Positions 27,315-37,478 of a stretch of DNA of 64,000 nt are shown one piece after another; position 1 is the stretch's first letter, and each line of letters starts with the position of its first letter. A model generated the notes under the pieces. That model ran no database searches and had not been told where the DNA came from. It saw only the letters and a program-made list of their open reading frames with translations. Where the stretch lies: IMG/VR virus record IMGVR_UViG_3300021958_000049, positions 12,669 to 76,668 of that record, one strand, 5' to 3'. This DNA comes from a virus. Its lineage: Duplodnaviria > Caudoviricetes. A program made the translations under genes and the position numbers.

Positions 27315-28616
27315 ATGCTCGATATCGTAGAATTTGAAAAAGTCTTTTATTTATATACATTAGACAATCCAAAATATTTTAAATCAATTAAGCAAGAATT
27401 CTTTGAAAATGAAGATCTTGGTTTAATGTATCGAGTATCTCAAACATTCTTCGAACGGTTTAAAGAATCACCATCATTAGATCAATTAAAGCTTTTAACT
27501 AAAGATCCTAAATTTAAAGAAAGATTAACGGATTCTTTAGTTGATCTGGTTTTTGGTCAAAATTTAAAAACATACGATGATTCATGGATTCAAGAAACTA
27601 CAGAAGCTTGGATATTATGGAAAAATCTAGATAAAACAATATTAGATACAATTGAGTATGTAAAAACTGTAAAGGTAACACCACAGAATATTAAAGATAT
27701 TGTTAATAAGACTAAAGGATTATTTGTTGAAAATAATTCTATTGTTTTTGATGAATCTTTAGGTTTAAATTTCTTTGATCCTGATTCACATAAACCATCC
27801 GATGAGAGCAGAATAACAACCACCCATCAATGGATAGATCAACGAACTTCTGGTGGATATACATTAAAATCTTTAGTGGTTTATGCGGGTGAACAAAATA
27901 TAGGTAAATCTATTTGGTTAGCAAACGATGCGGTTAGATATATTCAAGAAGGACATGATGTTGCATTTATATCTGCCGAAATGTCCGATGGAGATGTGGT
28001 AAAACGTTTAGGTGCAAATTTATTAAATGTAGCAATTTCTAAATATCGAGATTTTGCAAAAGATCCTAACAAAGTTAAGAAAAAATTAAATTCTCTTTCA
28101 GGATCAATTATTCCTCCAGGAAACTTATATGTAAAAGAATTTCCAACATCACAAGCTACGGTTCCAGATCTAGAATCTTATTTAAGAACTCTTGAAGATA
28201 CAAAAGGAATTAAACTAAAGGTAATTGTTGTTGATTACATTAATATATTATCAAATCACCGAAATCCTAATAGTGAAAATACATATATGAAGATTAAGCA
28301 AATAGCCGAAGATCTTCGAGCAATGGCACAAAGGAACGAGTGGTTAATTATTACAGCAACACAAATTAATAGAAGCGGATACGATTCATCTGAAATTACT
28401 ATGGGTAATATTGCAGAATCTGCAGGTTTATCACACACAGCCGATGTTATGTATGGTATCATACAAGACTCATCAATGCATTTAAACAACGAGTATTGGT
28501 TAAAATTAATGAAAATGAGAAACGGTCAAGGTAAAAATAGTAAATGTAGATATACAATAAATTACGAGTATATGAGATTGATGGAAACTGATGAAATTGT
28601 AGCTTCATTAACTTAA
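27315..28616 (+). CDS. gp41: DnaB-like replicative helicase
   Basis: GEQNIGKS, ISAEM, VVDYINIL, TATQINRSG, AESAGL, KMRNG. Confidence 0.92.
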   Translation: MLDIVEFEKVFYLYTLDNPKYFKSIKQEFFENEDLGLMYRVSQTFFERFKESPSLDQLKLLTKDPKFKERLTDSLVDLVFGQNLKTYDDSWIQETTEAWILWKNLDKTILDTIEYVKTVKVTPQNIKDIVNKTKGLFVENNSIVFDESLGLNFFDPDSHKPSDESRITTTHQWIDQRTSGGYTLKSLVVYAGEQNIGKSIWLANDAVRYIQEGHDVAFISAEMSDGDVVKRLGANLLNVAISKYRDFAKDPNKVKKKLNSLSGSIIPPGNLYVKEFPTSQATVPDLESYLRTLEDTKGIKLKVIVVDYINILSNHRNPNSENTYMKIKQIAEDLRAMAQRNEWLIITATQINRSGYDSSEITMGNIAESAGLSHTADVMYGIIQDSSMHLNNEYWLKLMKMRNGQGKNSKCRYTINYEYMRLMETDEIVASLT

Positions 28617-28629
28617 TAAAATAAAAATT

Positions 28630-29127
28630 ATGTGGGAAGACGAAAACACAAACGATAACGAAGAAAACAAAATACCAGATCCATTAGATAGAACCTCATC
28701 TTTACAGGATGATAAGATATTTAATAACAATTATGAACTGACTGAATATGATGGTACACCTATTAGCTTTACACCGGTTGATGGTTATGAATCTAATTTA
28801 ACAGAAGCAGATATTGAGTATGGAATGATATATGATATCGTTTCAAAATTCTTAGCTAAAAGCAAATACGAAAAATATAATAAACCTGATAAAGAAGGAA
28901 CTTTTAAGAAATTAAATAAAATGCAAATAAATGAAGTGTATTCATATACATTATCAGAATTTGGTGGTTTTCCTAAGGTACAATTATTTTCAGTAGTACA
29001 AGATTATTTTGATATCAATTCAAATAAGTTTTATGATTCGTTATCAAATACATTTAAGAAAGAATTAATAGAAGAATTAAGAAACGGAGGTTCGTTGAAA
29101 GAGAAAACTGGAGGACCGTTATTTTAA
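28630..29127 (+). CDS. hypothetical protein
   Basis: 165 aa ORF between the helicase and gp47. Confidence 0.6.
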   Translation: MWEDENTNDNEENKIPDPLDRTSSLQDDKIFNNNYELTEYDGTPISFTPVDGYESNLTEADIEYGMIYDIVSKFLAKSKYEKYNKPDKEGTFKKLNKMQINEVYSYTLSEFGGFPKVQLFSVVQDYFDINSNKFYDSLSNTFKKELIEELRNGGSLKEKTGGPLF

Positions 29128-29131
29128 CAAT

Positions 29132-30211
29132 ATGATAATACCGAATGGAAAGGCTAAAAGAGCCTGGATAATATCTGACACACATTTTGGCGCTAGAAAC
29201 AACAGTGTTGAATGGTTAGAGCGAATGACAGCGTATTTTGAAGAATTTTTCATTCCACATGTAAAAGAAAACTACAAAAAAGGCGACATATTAATTCATT
29301 GTGGAGATGTTTATGATAATCGACAAAGCGTTAATTTACTCGTATTAAATAAAACTTTAAATTTATTTGAAAAATTTTCAGAAATATTTATAGATGGTAT
29401 TTATGTGATTGCAGGAAATCACGATATCATGAGAAAAAATTCAAACGAAGTTACATCATTAGATACTCTTAAATATATTCCAAATGTAACTATATTAAAA
29501 GAACCTGCAACGCTAAAAACAAAAACTTCAACATCTTTGTTAATGCCTTGGAGGAAATCTGAATCTGATGAAAAGGTAGTTGTCAGTGGTAGTGATGCCG
29601 ATTATTTATTTTGTCACACTACTATTCGTGGAGCTAAATTTGATAAATATCGACATTCTGGCGAAGGATTAGCAAGTAATGAGTGCAAACAATTCAAAAA
29701 GGTATTTACCGGCCATATCCATTTAGCACAACAATATAAAAACATAAGATATGTAGGTAATCCATATCAAATGACTCGGTCAGATACCAATAATAAAAAA
29801 GGTTTTATATGTTTAGACTTTGAAACAGGAACCGAAGATTTTTACGAAAATACGTACTCTTCTAAATTTGTAAAGTTGTATATAAATCGAGCGTTAGATT
29901 CAACTATGCAAGATTTAATAAATGCTGCTGATAATAATTTCGTTGATGTGTATGTTCCTAATGATTACTTAATGAAATATCAAGTAACACCATTAATTGA
30001 TGAATTAAGTAAAGTATCTAAAAAACTAGATGTTATACCATTTGAATTAGATGACAATGATAATTTAATGGAATATGATATTGACTATGATAAAACTTTA
30101 GATACCTATAATTTATGTGAAAAATTCGTTGAAGGCATGAGTATTGAAGGTGCAACAAAAACAAAAGTTTTATCTTTACTTAAACAAGTATATTTACAAA
30201 ATAGCAAATAA
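29132..30211 (+). CDS. gp47: Mre11/SbcD-like recombination nuclease
   Basis: SDTHFG, GDVYD, GNHD, GHIH, YVGNPYQMTRSD. Confidence 0.92.
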   Translation: MIIPNGKAKRAWIISDTHFGARNNSVEWLERMTAYFEEFFIPHVKENYKKGDILIHCGDVYDNRQSVNLLVLNKTLNLFEKFSEIFIDGIYVIAGNHDIMRKNSNEVTSLDTLKYIPNVTILKEPATLKTKTSTSLLMPWRKSESDEKVVVSGSDADYLFCHTTIRGAKFDKYRHSGEGLASNECKQFKKVFTGHIHLAQQYKNIRYVGNPYQMTRSDTNNKKGFICLDFETGTEDFYENTYSSKFVKLYINRALDSTMQDLINAADNNFVDVYVPNDYLMKYQVTPLIDELSKVSKKLDVIPFELDDNDNLMEYDIDYDKTLDTYNLCEKFVEGMSIEGATKTKVLSLLKQVYLQNSK

Positions 30212-31881
30212 TGAGAATAAAAAGCGTAGAATGGAAAAACTTTAATGGATATGGGAATATACCATCTAAAATCGATTTTACTCGAGATGGTATGCTTTAT
30301 CTTTTAGTCGGCCAAAATGGCGCAGGAAAAAGCACAATAGCTGAAGTACTAACATACGCATTGTATGGTAAAGTTGAAGGTAAGCGACTGGGTGATTTAG
30401 CAAATCGCATTAATCGAGGTATGGAAGTTACATTAAATATGTCTTGTAAAGGAAAGGATATTACAATTAAACGAGGCATATCTCCGAATTATTTTGAATT
30501 GTTTATTAACGATGAACCATACGATCAAGCCGGCAATAAAAACGTACAGGATTATATGGAAACTGAATTATTAGATATTCCATATCAAGTTTTTAAAAAC
30601 ATTATTATGCTATCAGTCAACGATTTTAAATCGTTTTTGACTATGTCACGAGGTGATAAAAGAAATATTGTTGATCGATTGTTTGGATTCACGGTAATTA
30701 ATGCTATGAGAGAATCTATACGAGAAAAGCGTAGAGAGGTAAAGCAAGATATTCAAACATTATACGATGAATTAAATATACTTGAAGAAAGCATAGATTC
30801 AATCAATGAAAAAATTGAAATACTTAAAAAAGAAAAGCGAGTAGATCAATCAAAATTGATTGAGGAATATCAAGATAAATTATCTGCCATCGAGCAAAAA
30901 CATGCAGATACATCAGATAAATTGAAAATATTAAATAATAGATATACCGAATTTAAAAAGATAGTTCAAGAGAAATCATCTAGTGAATCAACTATTACCA
31001 CTAATTTGCTCGATATTAAAAAACGGTTAGATTTATTTGAAAAATCAAAATGTCCGACATGTGGAAGTGAATTCGATATGAACGGTGAACACGGTCATAT
31101 TAAAGAAAGTTTACTTGATGATGCAAAAACAAATAAAATAGAATTAAAGGAAATACGATCAGAGCTAGAATCTGCCCAAACAAACTTAGATAAATGTGAA
31201 GGTTTTATTAGATCCTCGAAAGATAGTATCGTTAGATTAGAAACTTTAACATCACAATATAAATACGAGCTAGATCAAATAGTATCTAAATCAGAGAAAA
31301 AGGATTTTCAATATCTCAAACAACTTATTACAGAAAATAATAAAAAGACACAAGATAAATCAGGTCAAAAGTATAAGCAAGAAAATGAAGATAAGTTTTT
31401 AGAATTAGTGGAGACGATATTAGGGGAAGAAGGTATTAAAAATCTCGCATTAAAAACCATATTACCTCCACTTAATGCATCAATAGAATCTATGTTAAAG
31501 CAAATGCATATACCACATAGAATTAGATTTGATGAAAAATTTGATTGTATCATAACATCGTTAGGTGAAGAAATAAATCCTAACACTATGAGTACAGGTG
31601 AAAGAAAGAAATCAGATTTTGTAATTATCATTGCAATGATTAAATTACTTAAGGTTCGTTATCCATCAATTAATTTACTCTTCTTAGATGAAATATTCTC
31701 ATCAATAGATGGTGGTGGAATTCACGAAATAATAGCAATTCTAAAAGATACCGTCCAAGAAACAGGATTAAATACTTGGGTAATAAATCACTCAGAATTA
31801 CCAGTAAATCTTTTTGATATAAAAGCAGAAGCCTTTAAAGAAGGTGGATTCTCTAAACTAAATTTAGAAACCATTACATAA
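30211..31881 (+). CDS. gp46: Rad50/SbcC-like recombination ATPase
   Basis: GQNGAGKST, CPTC zinc hook, MSTGE signature, LDE Walker B, NH. Confidence 0.93.
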   Translation: MRIKSVEWKNFNGYGNIPSKIDFTRDGMLYLLVGQNGAGKSTIAEVLTYALYGKVEGKRLGDLANRINRGMEVTLNMSCKGKDITIKRGISPNYFELFINDEPYDQAGNKNVQDYMETELLDIPYQVFKNIIMLSVNDFKSFLTMSRGDKRNIVDRLFGFTVINAMRESIREKRREVKQDIQTLYDELNILEESIDSINEKIEILKKEKRVDQSKLIEEYQDKLSAIEQKHADTSDKLKILNNRYTEFKKIVQEKSSSESTITTNLLDIKKRLDLFEKSKCPTCGSEFDMNGEHGHIKESLLDDAKTNKIELKEIRSELESAQTNLDKCEGFIRSSKDSIVRLETLTSQYKYELDQIVSKSEKKDFQYLKQLITENNKKTQDKSGQKYKQENEDKFLELVETILGEEGIKNLALKTILPPLNASIESMLKQMHIPHRIRFDEKFDCIITSLGEEINPNTMSTGERKKSDFVIIIAMIKLLKVRYPSINLLFLDEIFSSIDGGGIHEIIAILKDTVQETGLNTWVINHSELPVNLFDIKAEAFKEGGFSKLNLETIT

Positions 31882-31918
31882 TGGATATATAAAGAGAATA
31901 CTAAAATTATTTGAATAA

Positions 31919-32959
31919 ATGTCTCAACTTTACGATTTAGAATTTAACAAAAGTGATGTAGTTCTACGTAATATATTAATAGGTGTACTCGCGACGCTTA
32001 ATAATAAAATGTATTGGTATAATAGAATTAGCCAAACTGAGAAGAAGAAAATTAACATTCCTTTTTATTTTAGTACCACTGGAGATGAGCGATTCTTGAT
32101 GGATACATTTATGAATACGGTCTCTGCTGGTGGAACTGATAAGTCTAAAGCTGAGGGTGTATATAATCAAATACCTAGAGGTATAGTGCAATTAGATAAT
32201 GTTGCTATTGACGCAGGTTCTATGACTAATAAGTACGTCAGAGCATTTTATTCTAGAATTCAAGAAGATGGAACTTTACGAACTAAAAGTTCTGAGGTAT
32301 TTATGGTACCTTTAAAAATGCCATTCACTGTAGATATTTACGTAAATACCAATTTAGATATATTTAAAGCTATTCAGAGAGCTATTGAAATATTCTACAA
32401 ACATCAAGTATTTCAAGTTGATATTGACGGTACTCGAATACCGGCAGTAGCTTCAATGCCTGAAGATTTTTCTAAAGAAAGACCTATTGAATATTCATTT
32501 GGTGATAAAAAGGAATGGAAGGTAACCTTTAATATAGAAGTTCAAACATTCTTACCAATATTTAAAAATGCCGAAAATGGATTCCTTGGACCTAACAATA
32601 CAGAATTCGATGCATCAAACGTAATGCAAGGATTTGGTTCAAATATAAGATTTGCCGATCAAGGAGGTATTAGTAGTATTAGTCCATTCGCTGCAGATTT
32701 TGGTGCTAACGATAATGCATTCGGTCCTGGAAGTAATAACCAAACAGCATCTGGTGTATCTGGATTTGAAAATAATACAGATTCTAATACAGGATCTTTT
32801 GATAATAGTGTAACGGACAATGTTAATGGAAACGGACCTAATCAATCAGGAAATCAAGTTGATCCTACAAACACAGATAATCGAGGTGGATATGGTCCTA
32901 CATGGCCAGTAAGAAATCCAACACCATTGCCAAAAAATGGTGGAGCTACGTCTAGCTAA
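31919..32959 (+). CDS. gp15: tail completion / sheath terminator protein with low-complexity C-terminal extension
   Basis: KINIPFYFS..GDERF, IPRG, VPLKMPFTVDIY, late motif upstream. Confidence 0.65.
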   Translation: MSQLYDLEFNKSDVVLRNILIGVLATLNNKMYWYNRISQTEKKKINIPFYFSTTGDERFLMDTFMNTVSAGGTDKSKAEGVYNQIPRGIVQLDNVAIDAGSMTNKYVRAFYSRIQEDGTLRTKSSEVFMVPLKMPFTVDIYVNTNLDIFKAIQRAIEIFYKHQVFQVDIDGTRIPAVASMPEDFSKERPIEYSFGDKKEWKVTFNIEVQTFLPIFKNAENGFLGPNNTEFDASNVMQGFGSNIRFADQGGISSISPFAADFGANDNAFGPGSNNQTASGVSGFENNTDSNTGSFDNSVTDNVNGNGPNQSGNQVDPTNTDNRGGYGPTWPVRNPTPLPKNGGATSS

Positions 32960-33007
32960 ATAACTTAATTATTAAAGATAAATATATAAACAAAATAAAA
33001 TTATACA

Positions 33008-35008
33008 ATGAGCAAATTAAAGAATTTTGACGAATTTGTCAATGAAAATTTGGTTATCGGAGGAACATACAAACACTTCGGACCTGGATCATTAGATCCT
33101 ATTATTCAAAAGCTTATAGGTGAAGGAAAGAACGAATCTATTATTAGAACATACTTAACATCACTTGGTGTTGAATCTTGGAGAATAGATAAAGCAATGT
33201 CTAAATTTGGTGGAGTTGAATTTTCAGGTGAAAAGAATATGAACGAAGCTAAATCAAAGAAAACTTTCGAAGAAACTGCAAATAAATTTCTTTCTGATAT
33301 TAATGAAGAAGACGAAGAATCTATCGATGAAGCATCTCGTTGGAAAGGAAAGGAAATATTTCCTAATTGGGTTAAACCAAATGAAATTTCAGGATTAATC
33401 AAAAAAGAAAAGGATTTAGAAAAAGGTTCTATGTACGCTTTATTAGACTTAGGTTTAGATGTTTGGCAAGCGGAATATGAATACGAAGGAAAGGTTGGGC
33501 CTATACATATATTTAAATCAACTGCTCAAGGAACTAGCGATGATTCTAATATAGAATTTACTGATAGTGAATTAAAATCTGCACTTAAGAATTTAGAAAT
33601 TGCAGTAATGGAAGCTTATCAAATGGCTATGAATGAAGCTAAAATTAATAAAAACGCTAAACGTTCAATAAGACCTCATAATAAAGTAAAACCAGGAATG
33701 GTTGCTATAGACTATAATGACGAACCTTACACAGTTGTTGGAGTTGGTAAAGCTAGTGAATTACTTGATTTTGATGATAGTGGAATTGCTGCTGATGGAA
33801 TGGATATGGATGAACCAGCAATCGCAACAATAGGAAGAGGTGGTTATGCTGTTTATTCTTATATGCCTGATGGTGCCGTTGTTTACGAATCAGAAGTTAA
33901 TGAAGCTAAATTTGTAAAAGATTTTAATAAAGATGTTTTAGATGCTACTACAGAAAAGGAAGTAAAGTCAATATATCCTAAAGCGGTATTCTTTATCGGA
34001 AAACATTCACACTTTTTTGGAGAACTTGAAGATAACTTATTCTTTAAAGCATACTATATTAAAGGAAGGAGTGAATTTGAAATCAAATCAATTTATTCTC
34101 AGAAAGGAAGTAAATATGTTCATTTATATCTTAATGAATCAATGGTTAATGAAGCTAAAAAATACACAATAAAAGATATTATATCTGCTTACAAAGACGC
34201 TTTTGGTGAAGATATCACGAAAGGCGATAGAGTAGATATAATAGACGATATCAAATCTGATTACAAAGGTAAGATCACTATAGATGACTTAAAGGCTATT
34301 TATGACGATAGATATGGTGAGGAAATTGAAGCAGACTTTTTGGATGCATTAGGCGAATCTGTTAACGAAGCTAAAAAGAAAACTTTTGAAGATGCTGCCG
34401 CTGCATTTATTTTAGGTCTTGCTGGTAGCGACCAAATCGACGAAATGTCAGAAAACAAAATGCCAACTAACGAGGAAGTAACAAAATGTATTGCAGATGG
34501 AATGACTTACGAACAAGTTTGTGAGAAATATCCCGATGCAGATAAAGCAAAGTTAAAAGAAATGTACGAATCGTGTGGTAAAAAACATGAGAGTGTATCA
34601 GAAAAACTTAATAAAGAATCTCTTCAAATTGAAGAAGGTGACGGTGAAGATATTGATGATATGATCGACGATCTTGCCGATGGTGATGAAGATGAATATC
34701 AAGGTGCTGATGATGAAGCTCCTAAAGATAAAGATTCTGATGATTCTGATGATTCTGAATCTGGTTTAGATAAAGCAGTTAAAGATGCTAAAAAAGATAA
34801 GAAAAAACTAGATAAAATTAAAGACATATTAACAAGCGAAGCGGAAGAAGTTGAGCTTGATAAAGACGGAAAAGAAGAAAAAGATAAAGAAAACATCGAA
34901 GACGAAGAAAGTGGAGATGAGATCGAAATCGAAGAATCCGTTGATAAGGAAAGTGATGCATACATGGCTGCAGTACTTGAAGGTCTTAAAAAGAAATTCA
35001 ACGGGTAA
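33008..35008 (+). CDS. putative internal head polyprotein of NEAK-delimited modules
   Basis: Leader MSKLKNFDEFVNE; NEAK at 33242, 33632, 33899, 34148, 34364; acidic tail. Confidence 0.65.
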   Translation: MSKLKNFDEFVNENLVIGGTYKHFGPGSLDPIIQKLIGEGKNESIIRTYLTSLGVESWRIDKAMSKFGGVEFSGEKNMNEAKSKKTFEETANKFLSDINEEDEESIDEASRWKGKEIFPNWVKPNEISGLIKKEKDLEKGSMYALLDLGLDVWQAEYEYEGKVGPIHIFKSTAQGTSDDSNIEFTDSELKSALKNLEIAVMEAYQMAMNEAKINKNAKRSIRPHNKVKPGMVAIDYNDEPYTVVGVGKASELLDFDDSGIAADGMDMDEPAIATIGRGGYAVYSYMPDGAVVYESEVNEAKFVKDFNKDVLDATTEKEVKSIYPKAVFFIGKHSHFFGELEDNLFFKAYYIKGRSEFEIKSIYSQKGSKYVHLYLNESMVNEAKKYTIKDIISAYKDAFGEDITKGDRVDIIDDIKSDYKGKITIDDLKAIYDDRYGEEIEADFLDALGESVNEAKKKTFEDAAAAFILGLAGSDQIDEMSENKMPTNEEVTKCIADGMTYEQVCEKYPDADKAKLKEMYESCGKKHESVSEKLNKESLQIEEGDGEDIDDMIDDLADGDEDEYQGADDEAPKDKDSDDSDDSESGLDKAVKDAKKDKKKLDKIKDILTSEAEEVELDKDGKEEKDKENIEDEESGDEIEIEESVDKESDAYMAAVLEGLKKKFNG

Positions 35009-35067
35009 TATCCTAAAAAAAGCCGGAGATATATAATTAAATTCTATAATAAAAAAAACACAACAAA

Positions 35068-36546
35068 ATGTCACAAGTTTTAGAAAATCTAGATTTGAGA
35101 GCTAAGTTAGAAAACTTACACGAGTCGTTGAATGACCATAACGGTTCTTCAAAAGCGATTGTTGAAAGTTATATCAAACAATTAGACCTTAGATCTGACT
35201 ATTCAATTTTAAGAGATTGTGTTGCAGAAATGGTGCAATATGACTGGTTAAATCAAGTAGATACATTTATCAATGAATCTAGAAAATATGTTGAAGATAA
35301 CGAAGTATCTTTTGGTATATTAAACACTTTAGAATCTTTACATTCTAACAGAAACAAAGAAACTTTTTCTTCTGCAATTAATACACTAGAAGAATTAAAA
35401 GATCTTTCTGAATCAGAATTAAGAAAAAGACTTCCTAATAAAATGGCTGCTCATTCTTGGGTACCTGGAATTAAAGAATTAATTTCGTTATCAGAAGCTT
35501 TATCAGGTAAAAATTCTTCAACAAATAATAACGTTACTAATAAAAGAACAGTATCTCCAGTTTTAGAAACTGAGTCCGGTGAATTTATTTTTAATATAGG
35601 AAAACGTCATTATTCAATGAATGAGAGTGGCGAAGTTAAATTAGCTAATAAAAACGATATTACATCAGAATTTTATTCATTAACTCGATTAGCTGAGAAC
35701 TTTGTTCCTACGGAAGAAGGATTAAGAATGAAATTAAGTAACGGAATCGTTGATATTACAGTTAACGAAAACGAAGATGGAACAATAACAAAAGAGCTCA
35801 AATTAGATGGAATTAAATTAGATGAAAATCATTTATCATCTTCTTTAATGGCAACCGGTAAATTTAGAGCTGGTGAATATGATGTTATTAAAGTTTTAGA
35901 ACATGCAGTACATTCTGCTGAAAAACTTGTAGAATTAGATTTTGTTGAGACTATCACATCTAATGTTTATGAAGGTGTTGAAGTTAATATTTTGAAAACT
36001 GATAATGGTGTATATGTTAACAAGATTAATGCATACATGAACGAAAACGTTTTAGTTAAACCTGAAACCGCATCAGATGCTATTAATTTAGTAATGGAAT
36101 ACGTGAATTATGATATTACTAATAGTGTTAGAGATTTACTTGAAGGTGAGGCTAAAATCGAAGAAGGTCGTAAAAAAGAAGAATCTGATATTTACGAAAG
36201 AATTGATTTTATTCAAAACGAAATTTCTAAGATATCAGAATTAGGAATGGATGAAATGGCTGAAATTAAAGAAGCCAAGAAAATTCTTAATGATTCACTT
36301 GAAGCAGAAAAGGCTAAATTGAACGCAATGTTTAAAACAAAAAATGTTGAGGTTCACGAGGCTTCTGATGCTGATTATGTGCCAGGTGAAATTAAAATGT
36401 CTGTTAAAACATACAAACCCGGAACTAAAGTTCAGGTTAATGCTGGACAATACACTGTGGCTGGTGCAAAAGATATGATTAGTGTTGTACTTCCTTCTAA
36501 CGAAATAGTTGATGTACAAAAGAAATATCTTTCAGTAGAAATATAA
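35068..36546 (+). CDS. putative prohead core / internal protein
   Basis: Late motif; LHES, INES, VHEA sites; helical N-terminus, coiled coil, SH3-like tail. Confidence 0.5.
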   Translation: MSQVLENLDLRAKLENLHESLNDHNGSSKAIVESYIKQLDLRSDYSILRDCVAEMVQYDWLNQVDTFINESRKYVEDNEVSFGILNTLESLHSNRNKETFSSAINTLEELKDLSESELRKRLPNKMAAHSWVPGIKELISLSEALSGKNSSTNNNVTNKRTVSPVLETESGEFIFNIGKRHYSMNESGEVKLANKNDITSEFYSLTRLAENFVPTEEGLRMKLSNGIVDITVNENEDGTITKELKLDGIKLDENHLSSSLMATGKFRAGEYDVIKVLEHAVHSAEKLVELDFVETITSNVYEGVEVNILKTDNGVYVNKINAYMNENVLVKPETASDAINLVMEYVNYDITNSVRDLLEGEAKIEEGRKKEESDIYERIDFIQNEISKISELGMDEMAEIKEAKKILNDSLEAEKAKLNAMFKTKNVEVHEASDADYVPGEIKMSVKTYKPGTKVQVNAGQYTVAGAKDMISVVLPSNEIVDVQKKYLSVEI

Positions 36547-36573
36547 ATCTACCCTTACCCTTATATACTTTTG

Positions 36574-36597
36574 AATGGAGTCCTTCGGGGCTCCATT
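36574..36597 (+). terminator. UUCG-tetraloop hairpin after the 35068 gene
   Basis: AATGGAGTCC-TTCG-GGGCTCCATT. Confidence 0.8.
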
Positions 36598-36627
36598 TGA
36601 AACTTGTACAGATCAGCAGCATATAAC
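36598..36627 (+). promoter_or_regulatory. middle-type motif for the gp55-like sigma
   Basis: TGAAAC-N16-CATATAAC. Confidence 0.75.
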
Positions 36628-36645
36628 TAATATTAAATACATGAT

Positions 36646-37005
36646 ATGGCAAAAGTATATTTACGAAATAAAGATTTAGTAGCAGAGATTATTAAATCTA
36701 AGGAAGCTGGGAAACTAACTCCCGAAGCAACCGAAATGTTAATACTATTATCGGAAAGAGCAATCCGAAAATTAAAATATAAAAATCCAGAAGATAGATT
36801 AGATTGTTTAGCTTTTGCTCAATTAGATTTATTTAAATATTGGGATCGTTTTAAGCCAGAAAAATCCACAAATGCATTTGCTTATTATACACAAATAGCA
36901 AAAAAGGGTTATGCTAAAGGTTGGAATAAATTGCATCCTAAGAAATATTCAGGAACCATTAGCTTATCAGGTGCATCTGATGATGGTGGCATATATTCTA
37001 TATGA
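36646..37005 (+). CDS. gp55: gp55-like late sigma factor (short)
   Basis: YLRNKDL, LILLSERAIRK, RFKPEKSTNAFAYYTQIA parallel T4 gp55 YVNNKEL...NPHAYITQ. Confidence 0.8.
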   Translation: MAKVYLRNKDLVAEIIKSKEAGKLTPEATEMLILLSERAIRKLKYKNPEDRLDCLAFAQLDLFKYWDRFKPEKSTNAFAYYTQIAKKGYAKGWNKLHPKKYSGTISLSGASDDGGIYSI

Positions 37006-37472
37006 ACATTAAGAACAACAAACCTAAAAGAAATTCAGGGTACAGTCAAGGATATTTTCCAATTAACGAATGTCAAAAATATGTTGGACCCGGCCCAATA
37101 ATATACCGTTCCTCTTGGGAGCGAAAGTTTTGTATGTATTGCGAATCAAATCCGCAAATTGTTCAATGGTCATCCGAACCAGTAAAGATTAAATATATAA
37201 ACAGTCTTGATGGTAGAGAACATTCTTATTTCCCTGATTATTATATGAAATTAGATGATGGCAAAGAATTTCTCATCGAAGTAAAACCATCTTCACAATT
37301 AAAAAAACCAAATCCACCGAAACGAAAAACTAAAAAAAGTGTAGCAAATTACAAATATGCATATGAGATGTATATAACTAACATGTGTAAAATTCAATTT
37401 GCTGAACATTGGTGTAATAAACGAGGATGGAATTTCTTAGTAGTTACCGAAACATTTTTTAATAAAAAGTAA
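37002..37472 (+). CDS. gp4: head completion nuclease
   Basis: IIYRSSWERKF, WSSEPVKIKY, YFPDYY, IEVKP. Confidence 0.9.
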   Translation: MNIKNNKPKRNSGYSQGYFPINECQKYVGPGPIIYRSSWERKFCMYCESNPQIVQWSSEPVKIKYINSLDGREHSYFPDYYMKLDDGKEFLIEVKPSSQLKKPNPPKRKTKKSVANYKYAYEMYITNMCKIQFAEHWCNKRGWNFLVVTETFFNKK

Positions 37473-37478
37473 TAATTC

